DNA from: Gammaproteobacteria bacterium | GTDB taxonomy: Bacteria; Pseudomonadota; Gammaproteobacteria; GCA-001735895 | Direction of reading: 5' to 3' | Length of the DNA stretch: 60,810 bases | NCBI GenBank assembly: GCA_051277905.1 | Contig: JBNMQI010000001.1 | Coordinates: forward strand, 1 to 60,810 | Shown here: positions 49,524 through 58,385 of the stretch, one piece after another | Layout: the number at the start of each line of letters is the position of its first letter | Numbering within the stretch: the stretch's first letter is position 1 | The notes under the pieces: generated by a model | Databases searched by the model: none | What the model was told of the DNA's origin: nothing | The model's input: only the letters and a program-made list of their open reading frames with translations | Translations under genes and position numbers: made by a program

Positions 49524-49893
49524 TTTGGCTAATGGTAAAACCCATTTGGTCGTCGGGGCTGCGGTTGGTTTAACCGTTGCCCTGGCGGACAACAAAAAAC
49601 AAGCGGTCAGTCACCATCCTGTAACTGCCATTACGGTTGGCTCTCTATTTGGCAAGCTTCCAGATATTTTGGAACCCTCTTTGGGTAACCCTCACCATCG
49701 CCAGTTTTGCCACAGTCTATTGGTGTTAACTGCACTAGGTGTTGGTCTCAAACATTTGTATGAGTGGCAACCGGAAGAGGCAATTGATAAGTGTCTTCGC
49801 GGGCTGGGGCTAATCGCTGGATGTGCTTATGTCAGCCATTTGCTCTGTGATGCGACAACACCGCGCTCACTTCCTTTAATTGGTAAACTATAG
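49504..49893 (+). CDS. Membrane-bound metal-dependent hydrolase-like protein (YdjM/DUF457-like)
   Basis: ..GKTHLVVGAAVG.., ..PDILEPSLGNPHHRQFCHSLL.., ..SHLLCDATTPRSLPLIG. The real start may be TTG at about 49525, after AGGAGA. Confidence 0.6.
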   Translation: MSGRRNSLANGKTHLVVGAAVGLTVALADNKKQAVSHHPVTAITVGSLFGKLPDILEPSLGNPHHRQFCHSLLVLTALGVGLKHLYEWQPEEAIDKCLRGLGLIAGCAYVSHLLCDATTPRSLPLIGKL

Positions 49894-49902
49894 GAGTTTT
49901 GA

Positions 49903-51057
49903 ATGGTCGCTAAAGTCACAAGACCCATAGACCGTAAAGTTGAGCGAGAACTTTGGGCTCGTGCCGCTGCTCGTTGTCAGTTTAGCGGGTGTAATAAATT
50001 GCTATACAAATCAGCGGTGACTCAGGAATCGGTCAATGTCTCTCAAAATGCTCATATTTACGCATTTTCTGAGAATGGGCCTCGTGGTTGGGGACTCTTT
50101 AAAACTAAGCCAACCAGCTTGAATGACGTCAGCAACCTCATGTTGATGTGCTATGACTGTCACAAAAAAATTGACCAGAAAGGCAGCGAAGATAGGTATC
50201 CAGCCGACCTCTTGATTAGTTGGAAAATGCAGCATGAGCAACGAATAGAAATCCTCACAGGCATTGCTCCTGATCGCAAATCAAATGTTGTCTTATATGG
50301 TGCCAATATTGGAACCGAAAGATCACCGATGAATTATCACGGTTGTGTTGAGGCAATGTTTCCGAATTGGTATCCGGCAACTGAAAAGCCAGTGACACTA
50401 TCCATGGTATCAGAGCTGAAAGATCACTCTGAACAATATTGGCAAGCAGAGTCGCAACACCTAACGAAGCGTTTTCAAAGTAAAATTTCATCGATCATCG
50501 AAGAGGATTCTTGTAAGCATTTTTCATTGTTCGCGTTAGCTCCTCAACCATTGTTAATAAAACTTGGCGCTTTGCTCACCGACAAAATTGATGTCGAGAC
50601 TTATCAGCTGCATCGAGAGCCTAAAGGCTGGTTTTGGCAAGACTGTTCAGATGATTTTGAGTACATCATCAACAGACCTCAAAATATGGAGGGAAAGCCA
50701 GCCCTGGTACTTTCTTTGAGTGACCATGTGTCGCATGAGCGAATTACTCGGGTTATAGGGCCAGATACATCGATTTGGGAAGTGACTATCAAGCACCCTC
50801 ATAATGATTTCATGCAGTCAAAGCAGCAGCTCTCCTTGTTCAGGAAGTGCATAAGAAAACTGATTGTTGAAATCAAGAATACACACGGCGATGCGACTCC
50901 ACTGCAAATTTTTCCTGTGATGCCAGTATCGTGTGCCGTCGAATTAGGACGGGCCAGAATGCCTAAGGCTGATATGCCATGGCTTATTTATGACCACGAC
51001 ATAAAAACACAACAATTTGTAATGGCAGTCGAGCTTCGAGGAGATCTCCATGAGTAA
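49903..51057 (+). CDS. cap5: CBASS effector, HNH endonuclease + SAVED-like sensor (Cap5-like)
   Basis: N-terminal HNH: ..CQFSGCNKLLY..NAHIYAFSENGPRG..NLMLMCYDCHKKID.. The about 270-aa C-terminal domain is called SAVED by architecture and context only. AGGAG RBS and an 8-nt overlap with the cyclase gene. Confidence 0.7.
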   Translation: MVAKVTRPIDRKVERELWARAAARCQFSGCNKLLYKSAVTQESVNVSQNAHIYAFSENGPRGWGLFKTKPTSLNDVSNLMLMCYDCHKKIDQKGSEDRYPADLLISWKMQHEQRIEILTGIAPDRKSNVVLYGANIGTERSPMNYHGCVEAMFPNWYPATEKPVTLSMVSELKDHSEQYWQAESQHLTKRFQSKISSIIEEDSCKHFSLFALAPQPLLIKLGALLTDKIDVETYQLHREPKGWFWQDCSDDFEYIINRPQNMEGKPALVLSLSDHVSHERITRVIGPDTSIWEVTIKHPHNDFMQSKQQLSLFRKCIRKLIVEIKNTHGDATPLQIFPVMPVSCAVELGRARMPKADMPWLIYDHDIKTQQFVMAVELRGDLHE

Positions 51058-52240
51058 TACTAAAAGTAACGATGTTCTAAACACAATTCTGGAAAAAATT
51101 GAACTACCAGACAGTGCTTATGAAAAGGCTGAAAAACGCTATAAGGATCTAGGTGATTGGTTACATCGCCCAGAGTCAACATGCGTGAATTTTGATCCCC
51201 ACGTGTTTTCTCAAGGTTCCTTTCGTCTAGGTACGGCGATTAGGCCCGATTCAGAAGAACAGTATGACCTAGACATGGGTTGCAATCTTCGGCGTGGCCT
51301 GGATAAAACGTCCATCACTCAAAAGCAATTAAAGCACCTAGTCGGTCATGAATTAGAGCTTTATCGAAACGCCAGAGGCATTAAGGAAGAGCTAGTCGAG
51401 AAAAAACGCTGTTGGCGCTTAGAGTATGCCGATGGGCTTAGCTTTCACATGGATATAGTTCCGTGTGTGCCAGAGAGTGATACAGGAAGAGGCCTTTTGA
51501 AAAAGCGGATGGTCGAAAACTCTAAGTTTGATGAAAACTTGGCTCAAAGCGTGTCTCAGCTTGCAGTTTCGATTACCGACAACACAGATTCCACTTATGC
51601 AGTTGTGAATGAAAACTGGCGTATCAGCAATCCTGAAGGATATGCTCGATGGTTTGAAACGCGCATGAAAACCGCGCGTTTAGTAATAAACGAACGCGAA
51701 ATGCGATTTAAAGCCAGTATAGATAGTCTGCCATATTATCAATGGAAGACACCCTTACAGCAGGTTATCCAATTATTGAAGCGTCATCGTGACACTATGT
51801 TTAAGAATAATGAGGATAGTAAGCCAATATCGGTAATTATCACTACATTGGCTGCTAAATCATATAAAGGTGAAAGTGATTTGGCTTCAGCGTTGAATAC
51901 GGTGCTCTCCGAGATGGATGACTATATTTCTGCACAAGCGCCAATGATTCCGAATCCAGTCAATCCAGCCGAAGATTTTGCAGACAAGTGGTATGACGAA
52001 AAATCTGCTCAATACCGATTGCAAGAAAATTTTTATAAATGGCTATATCAAGCTAGAGCTGATTTTAGTGCTCTTTGTTCAAGTGATGATACGCAACGAA
52101 TAGTAAATGCGGCGCAAAATGGTTTGGATCTGAAGCTTGATTCAAGTTCGGTAGCACGTCTCTTGGGTATTCCTGCGGTAACAACAAAACCAACGTTCGC
52201 AATTCAATCATCTGACCCAAAGCCATGGTTTAAGCAATAG
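51050..52240 (+). CDS. CD-NTase (cGAS/DncV-like cyclic oligonucleotide synthase)
   Basis: Pol-beta NTase motifs: ..SQGSFRLGTAIRP.. (GS), ..YDLDMGC.. (DxD), ..SFHMDIVPC.. (third Asp). 396 aa. Confidence 0.78.
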   Translation: MSNTKSNDVLNTILEKIELPDSAYEKAEKRYKDLGDWLHRPESTCVNFDPHVFSQGSFRLGTAIRPDSEEQYDLDMGCNLRRGLDKTSITQKQLKHLVGHELELYRNARGIKEELVEKKRCWRLEYADGLSFHMDIVPCVPESDTGRGLLKKRMVENSKFDENLAQSVSQLAVSITDNTDSTYAVVNENWRISNPEGYARWFETRMKTARLVINEREMRFKASIDSLPYYQWKTPLQQVIQLLKRHRDTMFKNNEDSKPISVIITTLAAKSYKGESDLASALNTVLSEMDDYISAQAPMIPNPVNPAEDFADKWYDEKSAQYRLQENFYKWLYQARADFSALCSSDDTQRIVNAAQNGLDLKLDSSSVARLLGIPAVTTKPTFAIQSSDPKPWFKQ

Positions 52241-52921
52241 ATGAAGCACTGGAAGGCTGTAGGCCTAGAGGCTTTTCTCTCGGCCTATCCGAACATTAGA
52301 TTAGTAGATGTCCATGCAGATAAGATTGAGTTGCAGGGAGAGTATCAGTTAAAAGCACAGCTAGCTGGAAGTCGGTTTATTGAGCGAACATTTTCTCTAA
52401 GGATTATATGCCCAAGTGATTATCCTAGGGCTTTACCTGTGGTGTTTGATACAGCTGGTTACTTTCCTCGTAAGCAGGACTTCCATACTTACTCTGATGG
52501 ATCATTTTGTCTTGGCTCAGACCTGAAAATTAAGTCAATTTTAAAAACCGACTCGTCATTGACAACCTTTTTCGAAAAGATTGTTGTCAGGTTTCTTTAT
52601 TCGGTGTCCCATCGGGTTGAATTTGGCAACTTTCCATATGGCGAACTGGACCATGGTGAGAAAGGCCTGATTGATGATTATTCTCAGTTGTTCAATGTCA
52701 ATGGTAAAGCATCAGTTCTACGGGCTCTGAAAGCGTTAGGTTTGCGCAAGCGTGAGGCAAATAAATTACCTTGTCCATGTGGTTGTGGTGATCGTCTTGG
52801 CTCGTGTGACTATCGGTTTGTCTTGAACGAGTTTCGTCAAGTTGAGCGTCGCCGATGGTTTCGCGCTCATCTATTCGAAGCTTTTACACCGATTCCCCCC
52901 CCCCGAAAAGAGATCTGGTAG
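52241..52921 (+). CDS. E2-like ubiquitin-conjugating-fold protein (short type II CBASS Cap2-like), SEC-C-like Cys cluster at the C-terminus
   Basis: ..FHTYSDGSFCLGSD.. (E2-like H..G..C catalytic Cys context). ..LPCPCGCGDRLGSCDY.. The start abuts the cyclase stop (TAGATG). Confidence 0.6.
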   Translation: MKHWKAVGLEAFLSAYPNIRLVDVHADKIELQGEYQLKAQLAGSRFIERTFSLRIICPSDYPRALPVVFDTAGYFPRKQDFHTYSDGSFCLGSDLKIKSILKTDSSLTTFFEKIVVRFLYSVSHRVEFGNFPYGELDHGEKGLIDDYSQLFNVNGKASVLRALKALGLRKREANKLPCPCGCGDRLGSCDYRFVLNEFRQVERRRWFRAHLFEAFTPIPPPRKEIW

Positions 52922-53010
52922 ATTGATTAACAAAACACGTAAAAATGTATTGTGATTTTGTAGGGTAGAGGTCAAAAATTAAGATAGCAGTGAAATGTCA
53001 TTTTTTGCTT

Positions 53011-53039
53011 GGGCACAAATCGGGCACATTTAGGGCACA
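53011..53039 (+). repeat. Three GGGCACA direct repeats with 11-bp phasing near the island end
   Basis: GGGCACA at 53011, 53022 and 53033, lying 45-75 bp from the att core. Confidence 0.75.
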
Positions 53040-53083
53040 GCTAAGATTTTGTAAGTGGTCACTTACTTGGCAGGCCTTACACT

Positions 53084-53162
<79 letters not shown>

Positions 53163-53248
53163 TTAGGACTCAGGTTACTTTTAACGGACCGCTGAGCCGC
53201 AGCATTGTATACGTTTTTTCTGCTCTGCTCTACTTCCTGTAGTACCCT

Positions 53249-54025
53249 TTAAGCTTTTGGCTTTACACAGGTAATGAAGTGCAGTTGCCAGTGTAATCCT
53301 ACCTTGCCATTCGCCAGTGTTTCGAAGCCTAGTAATTGATCTAGCGCGTTTTCTATCTCTGTTGCTGATGCTAGGTCAATACCAAACATGAGTTTGCAGT
53401 AGTCAGCAGCTTGTTCGGAGGAATCAAAACACCAGTAGTAATTTCGATTTTCAGCTTTGGTTACAATAAAGCCTGCTTGTTCTAAGTCGATTAAATCTTG
53501 GCTACTGAAGTACCAACCGTGATGGCCCATACTGTTGTGTTGTCCCATCCAGCCATCAAGAAAATCCGCTGTTTTAGAGTCTTTATGCGCGTCAGCTAGA
53601 ACTAGAACTCCTTCTGCTTTAAGAACTCGAAAGAGTTCTCCAAATAGTGGTTTTTTATCTTCGGTGTGATGTAAACCCGCCAAACTTAGGGCTAGGTCAA
53701 TGGTGTTACTGGCATCAGGCAAATTATCGAGCCGACATAGTGTTATCGGGTGACGGCTACCCGAATGACAGTGTTGCTCGAATAGTTTTGCAAATAATTC
53801 ACTGGTTTCAATATGATGAATATGAGTGTCATTAGGCAGATAGTTGGCAAGGTAACCGCCGCCTGAAGGGACATCTAGAATGCGCATATTCGGAATAATG
53901 TCCAAGCCACTGAGTATAGCCTGAAACTCTTGATCACGTGCCGATGGCCAGTCTAACATGGCCTTGTGGTAAGCATCTGCTCGCTGATCAAAAATAGCTT
54001 GATAGGTTGTGGCGGGTTTAAACAC
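53249..54025 (-). CDS. Class I SAM-dependent methyltransferase
   Basis: ..ILDVPSGGGYLANYL.. (motif I) and ..LKAEGVLVLAD.. Confidence 0.8.
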   Translation of the reverse strand: MFKPATTYQAIFDQRADAYHKAMLDWPSARDQEFQAILSGLDIIPNMRILDVPSGGGYLANYLPNDTHIHHIETSELFAKLFEQHCHSGSRHPITLCRLDNLPDASNTIDLALSLAGLHHTEDKKPLFGELFRVLKAEGVLVLADAHKDSKTADFLDGWMGQHNSMGHHGWYFSSQDLIDLEQAGFIVTKAENRNYYWCFDSSEQAADYCKLMFGIDLASATEIENALDQLLGFETLANGKVGLHWQLHFITCVKPKA

Positions 54026-54027
54026 AA

Positions 54028-55335
54028 TTAAATCCTTGAGACAAACTCTTCGAATTTACCAGAAGGAGCTCGCGGTACGTTATTAACCAGATGAAGGGTT
54101 ACTTTGAAAGGGTAACCTATAGCTTTTTGAATTATTTCTTCGGCTTGTCGACACTGCTCCGATGTTGGCGTATCTGGCGCTTCAATATTAAGTCGTAATT
54201 CTTCAACACTAAGTTGTTCTATCTGAAAGCGCGCGAGGGGGAATAAATTCATCAATGCCATTGGATTGTAGGCTGGCCAGCTTTTATCGCCATTTGGATA
54301 AGATACGAGATTTCGTGAGCGACCAATAATGCGTTCTAATACGGGTAAATTAATTCCGCAATCACATTTTTTTCCAGGAATGGCGTAGTCACCAATTTCA
54401 TACCGAATGAGTGGCATTAAGTAATTTTGCAAAGAAGTGACAATAACACGACCCACTTGGCCAGGGGTACAAGGTTGATTATTGTCATCTAGTATTTCCA
54501 CCATGCAATTTTCTAATTGAATATGATAATGGTCATATAGAGGACATTGAAGAGCAATATATCCGATTTCTTGAGAGCTGTAGATGTCATGAATTTTGCA
54601 GTTGAACGCTTCCATTACTAATGTTCTGACGAATGGAGGTAGGGTTTCTCCTAATGTCGAAATATTATGTAAGCTATTTAGTTTTTGTTCTCTTATTTGT
54701 ATTTTGGCTAGCTCTTGCAGTGTGCTCGGGTAGGTCACTAAGTATTTAGGTTGATGTTCGACTAACCACTGATATTGGCGTTCAACTGGCTCTGAGCTAT
54801 TTAGTAGCATAGCGGGAGCGCTATATCCCAAAATTGCCGTCGATAAGCCCCAGTTGTTACTGGTTTGACCTGGGTATAAGGCTTTGCCATCCGCTAGAAA
54901 TTTTATCGCTGCTAGCGAAGCGGTTAAATCTCTTTTAGCCCATAAGTGGTCTCGCATTGTGAATGCTCGCCAAAAAAATTGAGCATACTCTGTTGTCCAT
55001 GTATGTACTGGGCGTCCGGTAGAGCCAGAGCTACGAAAATCGAAGTGTTTACCATGATTTTTAGGTGGATTCTTACTTATTAATAGCTCTTCATTGGCTT
55101 GTAATTCTTTACGGGTCAATATCGGGAATTTATTCCATTCAATATTGCCATTCATGGATCGTATTTTGGGGTGCTGCTGGTAGTAAGGGACAGAACTTAA
55201 TGCATGAGCCAAAATCGATTGTATCGATTTGCTTTGAAGGCTGGTTTGAAGTGCTGTCGGAGTCTTTTCGCTTTGTAGTAGTTTAAATTGTAAAGCGAGC
55301 GGGAGTGCTTCTTCTGCTGATGGAAGACTAATCAT
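54028..55335 (-). CDS. Adenylate-forming enzyme, phenylacetate-CoA ligase (PaaK)/F390 synthetase-like
   Basis: ..FRSSGSTGRPV.. AMP-binding P-loop, ..YSSQEIGYIA.., ..YEIGDY.., C-terminal ..PRAPSGKFEEF.. 435 aa. Confidence 0.75.
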   Translation of the reverse strand: MISLPSAEEALPLALQFKLLQSEKTPTALQTSLQSKSIQSILAHALSSVPYYQQHPKIRSMNGNIEWNKFPILTRKELQANEELLISKNPPKNHGKHFDFRSSGSTGRPVHTWTTEYAQFFWRAFTMRDHLWAKRDLTASLAAIKFLADGKALYPGQTSNNWGLSTAILGYSAPAMLLNSSEPVERQYQWLVEHQPKYLVTYPSTLQELAKIQIREQKLNSLHNISTLGETLPPFVRTLVMEAFNCKIHDIYSSQEIGYIALQCPLYDHYHIQLENCMVEILDDNNQPCTPGQVGRVIVTSLQNYLMPLIRYEIGDYAIPGKKCDCGINLPVLERIIGRSRNLVSYPNGDKSWPAYNPMALMNLFPLARFQIEQLSVEELRLNIEAPDTPTSEQCRQAEEIIQKAIGYPFKVTLHLVNNVPRAPSGKFEEFVSRI

Positions 55336-56038
55336 CCGTACTACTACCTTCAGAGTTATCGGTTAATTCCGCCTCAATGTTAGGGTAGCGGCTTTTATGT
55401 ATCATAAGTAGGCGGTCGTATATTTCGGGGTCAGTTTTTTTGAACTTTTTGAGTTCCGTAATAGCCTCATTTTTTAATTCATTTTCTTTTTTCAACCGTT
55501 TCTTTTCATGTGCTTCTCTTTCTTCTTTTGAACGTGATCTATTTTCTTCGTGTTTTTCTTGCGCATCTAATCTGGCGGCTTCTCTTAATGCTTTTGCTTT
55601 TAAAACTAATTGGCGCTGCTCACTTTCTTGTGTGGATAACTTTGCGATTGACTGGTCGGTTAGGTGTGGAGTTGATGAATCGTCATTCGCTTTAATTAGT
55701 GTGCTGCGTTGATATTCGCCTTTCGGTAACACTTGTAGCGTGATGATATTTTTTTGATCATTGAACGTTTTAATTATTGAGAAGTTTTGATCTAAAAAGC
55801 GTAGTACTGCGTCTTCTGATAAATTTGACCCTCGTAATAAGTCCGGTACGACCACTTGAGGGTCGTAAAATATTTGTATTCCTGATAAAGAACTAAATTC
55901 ATTGAAAAGCTCTGTTGAGCTGAGTATTTTTTCTGGAAAGTGGTAAGTTTGCGAGGTGTTATCGTATTGAATGGTTGAATCACACCAGACGCTAGGAGCA
56001 AAACAAATAAAAAAAAGAGCGAATAAGAGTGACTTCAT
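55328..56038 (-). CDS. Secreted protein with Lys/Glu-rich coiled-coil C-terminal half
   Basis: Signal peptide MKSLLFALFFICFAPSVWC. ..EKHEENRSRSKEEREAHEKKRLKKENELKNE.. 8-nt overlap with the ligase gene. Confidence 0.7.
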   Translation of the reverse strand: MKSLLFALFFICFAPSVWCDSTIQYDNTSQTYHFPEKILSSTELFNEFSSLSGIQIFYDPQVVVPDLLRGSNLSEDAVLRFLDQNFSIIKTFNDQKNIITLQVLPKGEYQRSTLIKANDDSSTPHLTDQSIAKLSTQESEQRQLVLKAKALREAARLDAQEKHEENRSRSKEEREAHEKKRLKKENELKNEAITELKKFKKTDPEIYDRLLMIHKSRYPNIEAELTDNSEGSSTDD

Positions 56039-56078
56039 TGTACCAAGACTTAAAAATAAAATGGGTTGATTGATTATA

Positions 56079-56110
56079 AAAAAAGGGAGGCCATACGGCC
56101 TCCTTTTTTA
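56079..56110 (-). terminator. Rho-independent terminator after the Gly-rich lipoprotein gene
   Basis: AAAAAAAGGGAGGCC-atac-GGCCTCCTTTTTT, symmetric A/T runs. Confidence 0.75.
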
Positions 56111-56123
56111 TCGTGTAGCAGTG

Positions 56124-58385
56124 TTATGGCATTGCAATAGTATTCGTACCACAAATGCCTTCTAAGCAATCAGATTCTAAGAATACACCGCCAGAGAAGC
56201 CAGCATCTGTGCCAGTGCCTCCTGCGATATCATAGGCAGCGCCAATTTTGGCTTTTGCATTACCACTAACGACGTATAGAGAGCCGCCTGCACCACCTAG
56301 GGTATCTTCATCATTGATGAGGGCTGTGGAAGCATTACCGCCGCCTACGTCAATATTGCCCTTAACGCTACCACCCAGTGCGGATGTAACTGCGATATAG
56401 CCACCGTTACCACCCTCTATTTGACCGTTACCACCAGCTGCCGTAACGGAGGCATTCACATTTGCTACGCCAAATGTACTAGCAATGCTTATGCTGCCAC
56501 CTTGCTTACCTTCATTGTAACCATCGTCTTCACCTTCTTCCGGAATGGCATTATCACTACCACCATTAAAGGAGAACTCTCCGGTTACATTGACATCATG
56601 AATTGCTGAAATCCATGCATATCCAGCGCGAGATGTAGAACCATTATTCACATCGGAACCATTCGATGAAACAATACCGTCGAACTCAATATTCAAGTTC
56701 TTCTGTAGAGAAGCAAATCCAGTATCGATATAGATGTCTAAATCCCCGCCACGAGATCCCGATGGCGTAGCCGTTAGTTCCCCAGTCGTAACAACCTCAC
56801 CGGCATTCAATGTCAGGTTGGTCTTAACATTGATTGGAGCCGCTGGTGCATATGCGGTTTGATAGCCGTCGTTAGAATTTGATTCCGTGTAGATTTCGAT
56901 ATAGCCGCCGCTGCTCGCTTGATGTGCAGAGCCACCAGATACGTCAATACTGGTATAACCAACAATTTGGGTAGCTAGTGTCGACGCAATTTGAGATGCG
57001 TGTGATATCACAATGTCACCACCGTTTCCTGCGTCACCAGATCCTGTATCAGTGGTGGCCGATGTATTACCACCATTCGCGGATAGATTACCCGAGATAG
57101 CGACTAATATCGGGTTTACGTAGCTTTCACCACCATCATATGAATCACTGGCACCGATGTATATTGCACCACCATTACCAGCATCGTAGCTGTCAAATGC
57201 GCTGTTACCACCATTTACATTGATGCTGCCGGTATTGATCATGCGTGGAATGGCAATATTCGTACCGCCTTCACCGCCACCTACGTATAGCGATACGTAC
57301 CCACCTTCACCGCCCTCGCCACCTGCTGTTACGTCGGTATTGGTCACTGCGGTTGAGCCGATGGCGGTGATATCACCCGTGTTAATCACTTCACTGCTTG
57401 AAAAAATGTATGTATTACTTGGGTCAATATAAGTGGAACCATTGATACCGGTACCAGCATTACTGCTTATGGTCCCTGTGTTATAGACACCTTTGTAACC
57501 GTAGATGTTAATGTTTTCACCTGCACCTGCGGTGCTTGATGCGCTATCGCCACCTTCGGCAGTTAAGTTGCCGGTGTTTTCAATATACACATTACTATTG
57601 ATACCGATACTTCCTGCGTCTCCACCAGCAAGCCCCTCCGTATCACCATCTGCGCCTGATGTGTTGAACGTTCCACTGTTCTGTATGATCGATGCGTAAA
57701 CACTTAGATCACCGCCATCTTGGCCTGGATATTGGCCTGATAAATCTATGCTGCCACTGCCGTAATAGGCTGCTGGATAGAATGAAAGGTTACGAACGGC
57801 ACTGTCACCTTCTTCCGCAAGGACTTTAATTGTTCCGTCGTTCTGAACGTCATTGAAGAAGTACAATGAATTTGACGTGTTAGTAAATTCTAAAGATAGC
57901 GTTGTCCCCGCGGCCACTTGTAAGCCGGTAATGATAGTGGTTCGTTTACCAAGTATCGGAGCATCGACATCGTCAACGGCGCCATCATAGCGATAGATGC
58001 GTTGATTATAAAAATAGAGTGTTCCCACGGATGCGGCGTTAAAACTCGAGGTGTCAGCTGAAATAGTAGTATCAGCCGAAATTGTCGCAGGATTTGTTCC
58101 AAGCTGGACCTCGCTGTTGAGCAGGTCATAAGATGCATCAGGGATCCCGTTGACAGTAATATTCAAAGGAGCATCGCTATAGCTTTTATATATGGTGACA
58201 TCACCACCGTCGCCACTATTGTGCTGCCCATTACCACCTTTAGCGCTCATAACTGCAGTGCCAGCATTATTGCTTGCTAGTCCGGAAGGCGTACTACCGC
58301 CGGATGAGCTGCCACCACCGCATGCTGTCAACGTGACGGCTATCGCGAGTATGCTTGTTTTAAAGGGAAGTTGATTTAGGTACAT
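56124..58385 (-). CDS. Gly-rich repeat lipoprotein, predicted parallel beta-helix (Pmp-like GGx(I/L/V) motifs)
   Basis: Lipobox ..AVTLTACGG. More than 12 irregular repeats such as GDGGDVTIY, GGDAGSIGI, GNGGAIYI, GNGGDIVI, SSGGYIEI, RGGDLDIYI, KQGGSISI, GNGGYIAV, GAGGSLYV. No C-terminal autotransporter barrel. Confidence 0.8.
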   Translation of the reverse strand: MYLNQLPFKTSILAIAVTLTACGGGSSSGGSTPSGLASNNAGTAVMSAKGGNGQHNSGDGGDVTIYKSYSDAPLNITVNGIPDASYDLLNSEVQLGTNPATISADTTISADTSSFNAASVGTLYFYNQRIYRYDGAVDDVDAPILGKRTTIITGLQVAAGTTLSLEFTNTSNSLYFFNDVQNDGTIKVLAEEGDSAVRNLSFYPAAYYGSGSIDLSGQYPGQDGGDLSVYASIIQNSGTFNTSGADGDTEGLAGGDAGSIGINSNVYIENTGNLTAEGGDSASSTAGAGENINIYGYKGVYNTGTISSNAGTGINGSTYIDPSNTYIFSSSEVINTGDITAIGSTAVTNTDVTAGGEGGEGGYVSLYVGGGEGGTNIAIPRMINTGSINVNGGNSAFDSYDAGNGGAIYIGASDSYDGGESYVNPILVAISGNLSANGGNTSATTDTGSGDAGNGGDIVISHASQIASTLATQIVGYTSIDVSGGSAHQASSGGYIEIYTESNSNDGYQTAYAPAAPINVKTNLTLNAGEVVTTGELTATPSGSRGGDLDIYIDTGFASLQKNLNIEFDGIVSSNGSDVNNGSTSRAGYAWISAIHDVNVTGEFSFNGGSDNAIPEEGEDDGYNEGKQGGSISIASTFGVANVNASVTAAGGNGQIEGGNGGYIAVTSALGGSVKGNIDVGGGNASTALINDEDTLGGAGGSLYVVSGNAKAKIGAAYDIAGGTGTDAGFSGGVFLESDCLEGICGTNTIAMP

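Noticed and set aside
55440-55712. Plus-strand ORFs antisense to the K/E-rich coiled-coil gene
   Set aside because: Their F/S/L-rich translations are complements of AAA/GAA-rich codons. The sense ORF has a signal peptide and operon coupling.
57220-58374. P/S-rich plus-strand ORFs (57220-57432, 57505-57699, 58192-58374) and 57890-58138
   Set aside because: These are shadows of the Gly-rich (GGN) codons of the 753-aa lipoprotein gene on the opposite strand.
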